Part shown: positions 17,327-27,901 of the stretch, one piece after another
How the letters are laid out: each line of letters starts with the position of its first letter
How positions within the stretch are numbered: position 1 is the first letter of the stretch
From: Pseudomonadota bacterium
GTDB taxonomy: Bacteria > Pseudomonadota > Gammaproteobacteria > Burkholderiales > JAKAFK01
DNA length: 64,000 nucleotides
Assembly: GCA_021788645.1 (NCBI GenBank)
Contig: JAJYKK010000011.1
Coordinates: 3,167 to 67,166 of the forward strand
Direction: 5' to 3'
The notes under the pieces: model-generated
Told to the model about the DNA's origin: nothing
Seen by the model: only the letters and a program-made list of their open reading frames with translations
Databases searched by the model: none
Program-made: the position numbers and the translations under genes

Positions 17327-17902
17327 GTGTTCGACCTCAAGGGCACGCTTGTGCCCGAGGATCACGCCTACGCGCTCTTTTGCGCGCTCGAACGCGCGCT
17401 GCCCTGGCTCGGTTCCGAGGGGCAGGCGGGCGTGCATCCCATCGGCGGGGCCGAGACCGGGACCGGGGAGCTTATCTTGAATCGGCGCGCCAAACTCGCG
17501 CTACGCCTTCCGCTGCACCGCGTGGAGGACGCGAAGGCCTTGTGCGGGCGCGAGCTCGCGCTGGGCACGCATCGCGTGGGCGTGGGGCCGGCCAAAGAGA
17601 AGCCCCTGACACGGCACACCCCCCTGTATGCGCACTGCGTGGTCACGGGCAACCGGGACGAGGCGCAGTTCGCCCGCGACATCATGAAGGCGCTCGACGA
17701 CCGAGGCATCGATACCCGCTTCATCTGCGGACGCGCGCGCTCGCTTGCGACGCCGGACGGGACCGCGTGGGGCTTCAGCCTGCTCCTCCACGGATTGCCG
17801 GTGGAGCATGCGATCGCCGTTCAGGAGACGGGGATCGGGGAGTATCACCTGCTGGGATGCGGCCTGTTCATTCCGCACAAGTCCATCGCCGCCTTGGAGT
17901 AG
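17327..17902 (+). CDS. Orphan Cas6/Cmx6-like (RAMP-fold) protein
   Basis: GTG start. The N-terminus FDLKGTLVPEDHAYALFCALERALPWL and the C-terminus GIGEYHLLGCGLFIPHK fit my recollection of the subtype I-MYXAN Cas6/Cmx6 family pattern (D-x-F-x-L-x-G-x-x-L-P-x-D-H-x-Y-x-L ... G-x-G-x-x-x-x-x-G-C-G-x-F-x-P). Not verified by search. Confidence 0.45.
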   Translation: MFDLKGTLVPEDHAYALFCALERALPWLGSEGQAGVHPIGGAETGTGELILNRRAKLALRLPLHRVEDAKALCGRELALGTHRVGVGPAKEKPLTRHTPLYAHCVVTGNRDEAQFARDIMKALDDRGIDTRFICGRARSLATPDGTAWGFSLLLHGLPVEHAIAVQETGIGEYHLLGCGLFIPHKSIAALE

Positions 17903-17997
17903 GAAAGATACCCGCGCCCTCGGTCGGCCGCTGAATTTTTATCTAAACTATCGAAGATTCCCAACCCAACTATCGAAAAACAGGAGGACCACGCATC

Positions 17998-18327
17998 ATG
18001 GTGTACGTCGTTAACGGCCAAGAACTCGAAACGGACAAGGACGGCTACCTGCTGGAACCGGATTACAGCGAGGAAGTGGTTTCGGTGATCGCCGCTGCCG
18101 AAGGCATCGCCCTCACCGACCAGCACTGGGAGGTCGTCAACTTCATGCGCGACCAGTACCGCGACAATGGCCATACGCCGAATTTCCGCGTCATGCTGAA
18201 GGAGTTTTCGGAGATCAATCCGGCGGCAGACAAGAAATACCTTTATGACCTGTTCCCGATGGGACCGGCCAAACAGGCGGCAAAGGTCGCAGGACTTCCC
18301 CAGCCCTATGGCAAAGGCGGGTACTGA
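17998..18327 (+). CDS. DsrC/TusE-family paralogue lacking both functional cysteines
   Basis: Aligns by eye end-to-end with the window's own DsrC: HWEVVNFMRDQY / HWEVINFLREYY and YLYDLFPMGPAKQAAKVAGLPQPYGKGGY / [27 protein letters not shown]. CysB is replaced by Ala, and the CysA arm by GKGGY. Confidence 0.85.
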   Translation: MVYVVNGQELETDKDGYLLEPDYSEEVVSVIAAAEGIALTDQHWEVVNFMRDQYRDNGHTPNFRVMLKEFSEINPAADKKYLYDLFPMGPAKQAAKVAGLPQPYGKGGY

Positions 18328-18376
18328 ACGCGCGGCCCGGGGGCACCCCGGGCCCGGCCACAAGATTGTATCGCCC

Positions 18377-19222
18377 ATGCCCTATACGACGCTCGTCACC
18401 ACCGACGACCTCTCGGCCCATCTTCACTCGGCCGAATGGGTCGTCTTCGACTGCCGATTCACCCTGACCGATCCGGCCGCCGGACGCAGGGCCTATGACA
18501 AGGCCCACATTCCGAATGCGCGCTACGCCCATCTCGACGACGATCTGGCCGCGCCCCTGAGCGGCACGAACGGCCGCCACCCCTTGCCGGATCCGGCGCG
18601 CCTGGCGGCCAAGCTGGGCGCCTGGGGCGTGGGGCCGACGACCCAGGTCGTGGTCTACGACGACAGCTTCGGCGCCATGGCCGGCCGGCTGTGGTGGTTG
18701 CTTCGCTGGCTGGGCCACGGGCAGGTGGCGCTCCTGGACGGCGGCTGGCAGAAATGGGTGCGCGAAGGCCATGCCATCACCCTCGAGCCGCCCGCCATCA
18801 CGCCCGCCCGCTTCGAGGCGCGCGCTCGCCCCGAACTCCTGCTGGACGCCCAGGCGGTTCTGGCGGCCCTGGAGCAGGACGCCCTCATCATCGACGCGCG
18901 CGCCGATGTGCGTTTTACCGGCGAGCACGAAACCCTCGATCCGGTCGGGGGCCACGTCCCGGGCGCGGTCAACTGGCCGTACGAGGACAACCTGGACCTC
19001 GACGGCACCTTCCTCCCGGCCGACGAGCTGCGCGAACTGTATCTGGGCGTGCTCGCGGGACGACCGGCGAGCGGGGCCATCCATATGTGCGGCTCCGGCG
19101 TCACCGCGTGCCACAACCTGATTGCGATGGAAGTGGCGGGACTGCCGGGCGGGAAGCTCTATCCCGGATCGTGGAGCGAATGGGTCGCCGACCCGACAAG
19201 ACCGGTGGCGACCGGAGGCTGA
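18377..19222 (+). CDS. Two-domain rhodanese, 3-mercaptopyruvate/thiosulfate sulfurtransferase (SseA-like)
   Basis: ORF 18245..19222 trimmed to ATG 18377 (MPYTTLVTTDDL). Tandem rhodanese domains. Active-site loop HMCGSGVTACH (CGSGVTA type). Confidence 0.85.
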   Translation: MPYTTLVTTDDLSAHLHSAEWVVFDCRFTLTDPAAGRRAYDKAHIPNARYAHLDDDLAAPLSGTNGRHPLPDPARLAAKLGAWGVGPTTQVVVYDDSFGAMAGRLWWLLRWLGHGQVALLDGGWQKWVREGHAITLEPPAITPARFEARARPELLLDAQAVLAALEQDALIIDARADVRFTGEHETLDPVGGHVPGAVNWPYEDNLDLDGTFLPADELRELYLGVLAGRPASGAIHMCGSGVTACHNLIAMEVAGLPGGKLYPGSWSEWVADPTRPVATGG

Positions 19223-19228
19223 AGACCC

Positions 19229-19786
19229 ATGCGTGTCAAGACTTCTTGGTTCAACGAGGGGGGCGAGCGCGATGCCAGCGAGACGGCAAGCGTGCTCGCC
19301 TCCACCATCTGGCGGCTCGCCGATGCCGCCATCATCGACCTGTCCAAGGCGAACTACGACATCGTGACCCCCGAACGGGGCATCACGCTGATGGCCGAGT
19401 TCATCGCCTTCCTCGCCCACGTGAGCGATCGCTTGAGCGCGCAACATCTCGACGACGAGGCGCGCGCCGCCCTCATCCAGGCCCTGGGCCTGCGCCTGGG
19501 CGAGATCATGGAGGACAACGTGCGCACCCTGGTGCAGGATGACGGACGCGACTTCCGGGCAGAGTTCATCGACATGCTCAACCGGCGCGCAGCCGACTAT
19601 GCCACCTTCGCGCTGGCCTCGGAACCCAGCTTCCCGATGCTGCGCTTCCTGGGGCTCAAGATCCGTGAACGAATGGAAAGCCATGACCAGCCCTGGATCA
19701 TGGATCAGATCGCCGACATTGAAGCCCCCAAGGCCTTCGAGACCGTCAAGCGGACGGTCGACGGCCTATTGGGGGGCGTTTCCTGA
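19229..19786 (+). CDS. Hypothetical 185-aa cytoplasmic protein
   Basis: Starts 6 nt after the rhodanese stop. Codon usage matches its neighbours. Predicted helical, no signal peptide. No family recognised. Confidence 0.55.
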   Translation: MRVKTSWFNEGGERDASETASVLASTIWRLADAAIIDLSKANYDIVTPERGITLMAEFIAFLAHVSDRLSAQHLDDEARAALIQALGLRLGEIMEDNVRTLVQDDGRDFRAEFIDMLNRRAADYATFALASEPSFPMLRFLGLKIRERMESHDQPWIMDQIADIEAPKAFETVKRTVDGLLGGVS

Positions 19787-19821
19787 AGCAGGACGCCCGA
19801 TTTCAAAGGTGAGGACACGGC

Positions 19822-20730
19822 ATGGTCTTAGCAACGCACTCCGGCCTGAAAGCCGCCACGAGCCCCTTCTCGCTGGACGCCGAAGCGGAATACGATCGGT
19901 GGCGCGCCGACAAGCTGCGCCATTACCCGAGCAGCATCGAAGCGCTGATCGTGGAGATCCGAGATCCGATGACGCTCCAGCCCGCCGAGCACGATGCCAT
20001 CGTGTCCCGGATTCGCCGCGCCAACATGGCCATTTATGCCGCCCCCGCCGCCCTCGGGGAGAACAAGGCCGTCCCCAGGGAGCTCGGGCGCCAGTTCGGA
20101 CTGACCCATCTCGACGGCAACCTTCTGGCCGACGATGACGCCATCAGTTCGCTCACCGTGGCGAATGGCGCGCCGCGTCGCGATTTCATTCCCTACACCA
20201 ATTCCGCCATCAAATGGCATACCGACGGCTACTACAACCCGCCGGAGAACAGGGTGCAGGCCATGGTGCTGCACTGCGTGCGCCCCGCCTTGCAGGGGGG
20301 CGCGAACCAGCTGCTGGACCACGAAATGGCCTATCTCCTCATCCGCGAGCATGAGCCGGAGTACATCCGCGCCTTGATGGCGCCCGACGTCATGACCATT
20401 CCCGCGCGCGCTGAGGACGCAGGCATCGCCCGCCCGGCGCAGGCAGGGCCGGTATTTTCCGTCACCCCGGAGGGCCGCCTGCACATGCGCTACACGGCAC
20501 GCACGAAAAGCATCGAATGGAAGGACGACGCCCTCACGAAAGCCGCCGTGGCCTTTCTGGAGGCGCTGCTCGCCAGCGACCTGCCGTATATTTTCCGGGG
20601 GCGCCTGGAAGCCGGCCAGGGACTCATCTGCAACAATGTGCTGCATGACCGCTCCGGCTTCAAAGACGACGAGGCCCGCCCGCGACTGCTGTACCGCGCG
20701 CGTTACCACGAGCGGATTGCAGGCTCCTGA
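19822..20730 (+). CDS. TauD/TfdA-family Fe(II)/2-oxoglutarate-dependent dioxygenase
   Basis: 302 aa. HxD iron ligands in AIKWHTDGYYN. C-terminal CNNVLHDRSGF...RLLYRARY fits the distal His and the 2OG-binding Arg. Confidence 0.7.
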   Translation: MVLATHSGLKAATSPFSLDAEAEYDRWRADKLRHYPSSIEALIVEIRDPMTLQPAEHDAIVSRIRRANMAIYAAPAALGENKAVPRELGRQFGLTHLDGNLLADDDAISSLTVANGAPRRDFIPYTNSAIKWHTDGYYNPPENRVQAMVLHCVRPALQGGANQLLDHEMAYLLIREHEPEYIRALMAPDVMTIPARAEDAGIARPAQAGPVFSVTPEGRLHMRYTARTKSIEWKDDALTKAAVAFLEALLASDLPYIFRGRLEAGQGLICNNVLHDRSGFKDDEARPRLLYRARYHERIAGS

Positions 20731-20760
20731 CGAGAAGGCGCGCTTCGGCCCGCAGACCCC

Positions 20761-21842
<1,082 letters not shown>

Positions 21843-21846
<4 letters not shown>

Positions 21847-22481
21847 GCGATACGCCGTTGCGCGAGGCCCTCCTCGACGCCGCACGACGCATGGCGGCCG
21901 ACGGACTCAACCGGGGCGCCTCGGGCAACTTGAGCGTGCGCGTCGCGCACGGTTTCCTCATTACCCCAAGCGGGCTCGACTACGATGAGATGACCCCGGA
22001 CGACCTGGTGCAGATGAATCTGGACGGCACGTGGCGCGGGCCGCGCCCCCCTTCGAGCGAATGGCGCTTCCACCGCGACATCCTGGCCACGCATCCGGAG
22101 TTGGGGGCCGTGGTCCACACCCATTCGACCTTTGCCACGACCCTTGCATGCTTGAGCATCACCGTTCCCGCCTTCCACTACATGATCGCGGTCGCCGGGG
22201 GCAAGGACATCCGTTGCGCGCCCTATGCGACATTCGGCACGCAGCGACTCTCCGACCATGCGCTGGCGGCCCTCCAGGGGCGCCATGCCTGCCTGCTCGC
22301 CCACCACGGCATGATCGCGACCGGGCCGACGCTCAAGGCGGCCGCGGACCTCGCCTATGAAGTGGAAGCGCTCTGCGAGCAATACTGGCGAGCGTATCAG
22401 TTGGGCACGCCACCCTGCCTGTCGGATGAGGAAATGGACATCGTGCTGGAAAAATTCAAGGATTACCGGCGCCGCGCCTAG
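21843..22481 (+). CDS. Class II (zinc) aldolase/adducin-family protein, MtnB/Ald2/FucA-like
   Basis: Start overlaps the mtnA stop (ATGA). GASGNLSVRV...ITPSG...PSSEWRFHRDIL...AVVHTHSTFATTLA carries the metal-ligand His residues. Confidence 0.8.
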
Positions 22482-22662
22482 GCGTCGGCCCCAACACTTT
22501 TTATCGAGCGAATGCAAGACGGCTCGTATGCTTCAAACACGGGTGACGGCAGCCTAGGGACCCCAAGCAGGGCAAACAAGAATGCAGCAAAGCCGGCCGG
22601 AGGAGCCGCCCGCCTGGCGTGAGCGCAGGCTGCTCCACATCGCGGCGGGAAGGCGCTGCCGG

Positions 22663-23295
<633 letters not shown>

Positions 23296-23321
23296 GGTTC
23301 CTCCCTCCCCGGATCAAGGCG

Positions 23322-23858
23322 TCACTGGCCGTCCTCGTAGACGCCGGGCCGCCCTTCGTACCAATGGGTTCGCACCTTGCATCTCTTGATACCATCGTCG
23401 GCGTAGCAACCCCGTTTAGCCATCTGGTCAGCCCCGTTCAAGGTTTTGTATCCGAAGGCGCCAGTGACGGACGCTTTGTTCACGTTCGTATCCCAGCCGA
23501 CGGCCACGGCGCCGTACCCTCCCTCGGCCTTTGCGCTTTCGGCTGTTCGGCAGGCGACGCCTCCTTGTCGAGTGCAGGCGCCCAAGGCGCAAAGCTCCGT
23601 CTTGACCAGGTTCAGCCCATTGATACAAATGCCGAACTTCAGCGTGGCGTCGTCGACGGCGATCGCGTCATACAACGTCTTCGCCTGAAGCTGTTGGGGT
23701 GAAGGGTGGCCGCGCAATACGGGCAGCGAACCATCCGGGCAGGTTCCCGGGTAACGGGAGTAGGTCTGATTTCCGCAGGCAAAATCGGCACGAGCCTGGG
23801 CGTGTCCGGCCATCGCTGATAGCAGCGCCGCGGCCAGGCACAGGACTTTTCGTATCAT
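23322..23858 (-). CDS. Secreted Cys-rich protein, DUF4189-like
   Basis: Signal peptide MIRKVLCLAAALLSAMAGHAQA. GYGAVAVGWD...TGAFGYKTLNGADQMAKRGC...CKV resembles the DUF4189 pattern as recalled. Confidence 0.5.
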   Translation of the reverse strand: MIRKVLCLAAALLSAMAGHAQARADFACGNQTYSRYPGTCPDGSLPVLRGHPSPQQLQAKTLYDAIAVDDATLKFGICINGLNLVKTELCALGACTRQGGVACRTAESAKAEGGYGAVAVGWDTNVNKASVTGAFGYKTLNGADQMAKRGCYADDGIKRCKVRTHWYEGRPGVYEDGQ

Positions 23859-24603
23859 GGCTCCCCCCTGTGAACCGCCATGTTTTCGTTGATCGCCAAT
23901 CGCGCGCGCACGAGGCCGCCTCGCGCCATGAGAAAAAACGCCGACTTGACGAGAAGTAACAGGTGCGCCGCGGGGCCCTATGATGAACCGCTAAAGCCGG
24001 CCGAACGCTGCCGGCTAAGCACGCGCAGACCGCGTTCGACCCGTGCGCGTCCGTTGCGTCACCGAACAGCTGCTTCGGCGTGTCGGCGGCGCGCTCATGT
24101 TGCAACCTTCCGCCGCCGATCAGGCTTCCGATCACCGGCGGGAGGGACGTGCGGCACGCCCCTCCCGCCTGGATCCCGCTTCTTATCTTCTCCCTATGGG
24201 TAGCAGGAGTATCTCCTTAGCATTTACGGATTGTCAAGATATCGCGACCGTTAATTCGGCATTATCGACAATCTTGCGCCATTCTCTATCCCAATTCAGG
24301 AAGAGCCCAGGTAAAGACCAACGCCTGCGAATTGCCCACATATACCCCGGAAGTCTCCACGACGACGCCAACGCGGCATGAGCGAGGACGACTGTCTGAC
24401 GATCTGCCGCGGGACACGGCATGGCGCGGCTTCCGGCGATAAAGGGACTGAGCGAAGCCGCCTTCCCGTGTGCGGGCGCTGATCTGCTCAGTTATCCCCT
24501 TCTCGAAAGACGCGTCGCGGTCAGCCCCGTCGCGCAACTGGCCTCAACCAGGCATTTTCCGGCGCTCCGCTCGGCGCCGACATAGCACGCCACGGGCGGC
24601 CTC

Positions 24604-25020
24604 TCACTTCGGGGTGCACTCGCCGAGCCGCTTCCCGCTGATGTGGGAGACCATTTTCCGCCCTTCCGCCTCGGTGGTCATCGTGCCGTCATAGGCGGTG
24701 CCCGTCATGGTGAACGTGCCTATCATGGTCTGGACCGAACCATTGGTGTGGCAGGTCATTTTCCAGGACACGGTGCTGCCGCTGACATGGTAATACTCCC
24801 GGGTGCAGTTAGGCCTCTGGGCAGGCACCGTCGCATGTTCCTGGACCTCCTGCTTGGAATAGCAGAACCGCTGCGTCATGGGCGGCATGGTCATGGGCAT
24901 GCCGGCAATCTCCATCCGGGTCGTGATGGCCCACTCGCCCGGCTGCATCGCAACGGGGGCGGCCTGGACGGACGGTACGACGGCGCAAAGGACGAAGAGG
25001 GTAATGAAGGCTCGCTGCAT
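24604..25020 (-). CDS. Secreted DUF3617-like protein
   Basis: Signal peptide MQRAFITLFVLCAVVPSVQA. PGEWAITTRMEIAGMPMTMPP...C...C...W.MTC...G.FTMTGTAYDGTM is typical of DUF3617. Confidence 0.6.
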   Translation of the reverse strand: MQRAFITLFVLCAVVPSVQAAPVAMQPGEWAITTRMEIAGMPMTMPPMTQRFCYSKQEVQEHATVPAQRPNCTREYYHVSGSTVSWKMTCHTNGSVQTMIGTFTMTGTAYDGTMTTEAEGRKMVSHISGKRLGECTPK

Positions 25021-25341
25021 ATTTATGCTCCCTAATACTTTTTAGCGTGACATGCCCTCTCCAGCAGCGCTGGGGGGGACCTCGCGGTCCAGGGTTGTTC
25101 CCCCATAAAGTTGCCGCAAGATCACGAATAGTATAGGCGCATTTGCGTCAGCTGACACCGGACGGCACCATCGTTCCATGACTATGCGCTCCCGTCCGGT
25201 CACAGGCATCGGCCTGCCGCGACCGGACGAGAGCGGGTGTCCGGTAGCGCATGCCTCGTTCCCTGGAAGGAGGGGTCGACGGACGTCGTCACGTGGCGTC
25301 TTTGGATCTCGCCTTAGGTGGTAAGCGCGCGAGAGGTCCGT

Positions 25342-25600
25342 ATGGCAACGTGGGAGTTTCAGCCCCCGCACACGGGGGTCGAGCTCAGCGTTCGGCACGC
25401 GAGGGCGCGCGCCGTGCGGGGATATTTCAAGAACGTCCACGGGCCATTGTCGTTCGACCACCTAGGGTCCCGCCACCGCCTCGGTACAAGTCCAGATCGA
25501 TGCCCACGCGGTCCGGAGCGGCGTCCCTGAACTCGACGCCCATCTGCGCAGCGCCGACTGCTTGGACGTTGCTCTCGTCCCCTTTCTCCATCCTCGTCGA
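25342..25600 (+). pseudogene. Possible frameshifted YceI-family gene remnant
   Basis: Frame 1: ATWEFQPPHTGVELSVRHARARAVRGYFKNVHGPLSFD (YceI N-terminal pattern W-x-x-D-x-x-H-[ST]-x-x-x-F-x-V-x-H...V-x-G-x-F...G-x-L-x-F-D). After a frame change: VQVQIDAHAVRSGVPELDAHLRSADCLDV (cf. I-D-x-x-S-x-x-T...R-D-x-H-L-x-S-x-D-F-F-D). No intact ORF. Confidence 0.3.
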
Positions 25601-25830
25601 CCCATACATCCCGCGATCTGGGGCTCGCCATCTTCCTGGACGGCGAGGCCGGAGAAAATGTCGATGCGACACCCGATACGCCGCGCGGCATCTACAGCAT
25701 CGGGTTAGGCTTCCTATGGGATCCCACTCGGCGCCTCCACGCCGAGCTGTATGTCGGCAAAGCCTTGCAGTCGATCCCCAGTCCCCGCCCGCAGGAAGCT
25801 CGGTAGGGCGTGTGCTATCCTGACTAGAAA

Positions 25831-26733
25831 ATGCAAAACTCCCACCGTGCGTTGCGCGGCGAAGCCCTGCGCGTCGACCGCTTCCTGTTGCGCACGCTCA
25901 AGCGATTCAACGCCAACCAAGGATTTCTCCTGGCTGGGGCTCTGGCCTATTACATCCTGCTCTCGCTCATTCCTCTGGTCACCTTTCTGGCCGTCGTGTT
26001 GTCCAAGTTCGTCGATCAGCGCCTGCTGCTCACGACGGCGGCCCGCTATCTCCGACTTCTGGTCCCCGGCGAAGCGGGCCCCCTGCTCACACAGATCCGA
26101 ACCTTCCTCGCGCAGCGAACGGCCATCGGCTTCGTCCTGCTCGCCGATATGCTCTTTTTCAGCGCCATGGCCATCAGTACGCTGGAAAGTTCGATGCGCC
26201 TCATCTTCCGGGACAGCGCCCATGTGCGCCCCCGAAGCGTCCTGGCCTCGATCCTGATGCCCTATCTGTACGTCCCGCTGCTGGGTCTCGGCCTGCTCGT
26301 CGCCACCCTCGCGGTCGGCACCCTGCAGGCCATTCAGCAGACCCAGATCACCCTCTTCGGCCATGTCCTTCCCTTGACGCGGCTATCGATTGGCCTTGCC
26401 TATTCCGTCAGCTTTCTGGGCGAGGTGATCATCCTGACCTTCATCTACTTCGCCATGCCCTTTCGCAACCTGCCGCTGCGGCGCGCGTTCATCGGTGGCC
26501 TGACCGCAGCCGTCTTATGGGACGTCACGCGCTATATCCTGGTCTGGTATTTCGCCCATATCTCCCCGGTCAATGTCCTGTATGGGTCCCTGTCCACGGT
26601 GGTCGTCGGGCTGTTCACGCTGGAAGTCGCGAGCATCATCCTCCTCTTTGGCGCCCAAGTGATCGCCGAATACGAGCGCACGGTGCGCGTCAAGACACTC
26701 ACCCGTCGGCCACCGCAACCGCCTCCGCAATGA
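25831..26733 (+). CDS. YihY/BrkB-family inner membrane protein
   Basis: RFNANQGFLLAGALAYYILLSLIPLVTFL, then about 6 TM segments. YihY/virulence factor BrkB pattern. Confidence 0.8.
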   Translation: MQNSHRALRGEALRVDRFLLRTLKRFNANQGFLLAGALAYYILLSLIPLVTFLAVVLSKFVDQRLLLTTAARYLRLLVPGEAGPLLTQIRTFLAQRTAIGFVLLADMLFFSAMAISTLESSMRLIFRDSAHVRPRSVLASILMPYLYVPLLGLGLLVATLAVGTLQAIQQTQITLFGHVLPLTRLSIGLAYSVSFLGEVIILTFIYFAMPFRNLPLRRAFIGGLTAAVLWDVTRYILVWYFAHISPVNVLYGSLSTVVVGLFTLEVASIILLFGAQVIAEYERTVRVKTLTRRPPQPPPQ

Positions 26734-26740
26734 GGCCGGC

Positions 26741-27649
26741 TCAGACCGGCTGCGCCTCGCCGCCCATAGCCGCCAGCAAGGCTGGCAGCAGGCGGCCGAA
26801 TTCGGCGCTCATGAGGGCAAAATCGCCATCGAACTGCTCGGCCGCACTCTCCCCAGCCTGCCGCTCCGATGCTTCCTGTACGACATCGAGAAACGCCAGC
26901 CGCTTGAGCTGGAAATCCTCGGTCAGCACGAAGGAAATCCGGTCGTCCCAGGTGAGGGCGAGCCGGGTGGCACACTTGCCGGCCTCGATGTGCGCCCTGA
27001 TCTCCGCGCTGTCCAGATTGTGCCGTGAGAAACGGGCCGTCGCCCCCTCGTCGGTCGGCGCGACGAGCTCGCAGTCGGTATCGATGGTGAAGCCGCCGGC
27101 CGCATCGCCTTCCCGCAGCCACTGGGTCATCACCGACGACGGGCTCTCCTGGGTCCTCACCGGGCGCAACTGAAGGCCCTCCACCGACTTGATGAGCAGC
27201 TCCGCCAATTCATCGGCCTTCTTGGGCGTCGCGGCGTCGACAACGAGCCACCCGTTGGGGAGATCCCAATAGGCATACGTCGTTCGCAGGCGACTGAAGG
27301 CCCGCGGCAGGAGTTCGTCGACCACCTGATCCTTGATCTCGCGGCGGCGCTTCGCGCCCAGCCTGTGCGCCTCCTCGGCCTCGATGCTTGCGATCTTCTC
27401 GGCAGCCGCTTGCCGCACCACCGAGGCCGGCAGCAGCTTCTCCTCGACGCGGGCGCTCACCATCACGCAGCGTCCGACCCCATGCGCCAGGTCCTCGGCG
27501 TCCGCCCCCAGCGGCGGCACCCAGCCCAGGCTTCGCATGTCCATGCTGGCGCAGGACAGGTAAGGGTGCGCCCGGAGGCTAGCCTCAAGGGCGGCAGGAA
27601 AAGCATCAGGGGCAACGAAACGAAACAGCTGAACATTCTTGAACCACAT
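26741..27649 (-). CDS. rdgC: Recombination-associated protein RdgC
   Basis: MWFKNVQLFRF N-terminus, 302 aa length and overall pattern are typical of RdgC. Confidence 0.85.
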   Translation of the reverse strand: MWFKNVQLFRFVAPDAFPAALEASLRAHPYLSCASMDMRSLGWVPPLGADAEDLAHGVGRCVMVSARVEEKLLPASVVRQAAAEKIASIEAEEAHRLGAKRRREIKDQVVDELLPRAFSRLRTTYAYWDLPNGWLVVDAATPKKADELAELLIKSVEGLQLRPVRTQESPSSVMTQWLREGDAAGGFTIDTDCELVAPTDEGATARFSRHNLDSAEIRAHIEAGKCATRLALTWDDRISFVLTEDFQLKRLAFLDVVQEASERQAGESAAEQFDGDFALMSAEFGRLLPALLAAMGGEAQPV

Positions 27650-27846
27650 GGAGATCGACCTTTTGCTGAACTTTGGGAATGGAACCGGCGACGAACGAGC
27701 GGGCCATTGTAACGCATCGGAGCCTCGCGCTGCGCGCGCCGACCGGGTGCCCGCCTGCGCCGGTGCCGGCCCGCCGAGGCAACAAGGGGCGCCTGTGCTA
27801 TAAAGGCAGCAGAGAAACGCATGGGCTTGACCCGTTGCGCGACAAG

Positions 27847-27866
27847 CCCCGCCGTTCAGGGCGGGG
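27847..27866. repeat. Left-end subterminal hairpin of the IS
   Basis: ccccgcc (27847-53), gttcag, ggcgggg (27860-66). A second hairpin ggacgg-cgcag-ccgtcc lies at 27878-27894. Confidence 0.6.
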
Positions 27867-27901
27867 AAGGATAGCGCGGACGGCGCAGCCGTCCTTGGGT
27901 T

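Noticed and set aside
25042-25461. 139-aa minus-strand ORF in the gene-poor patch
   Set aside because: No signal, motif or Shine-Dalgarno. It overlaps the plus-strand YceI-like remnant, which gives a better though still decayed explanation.
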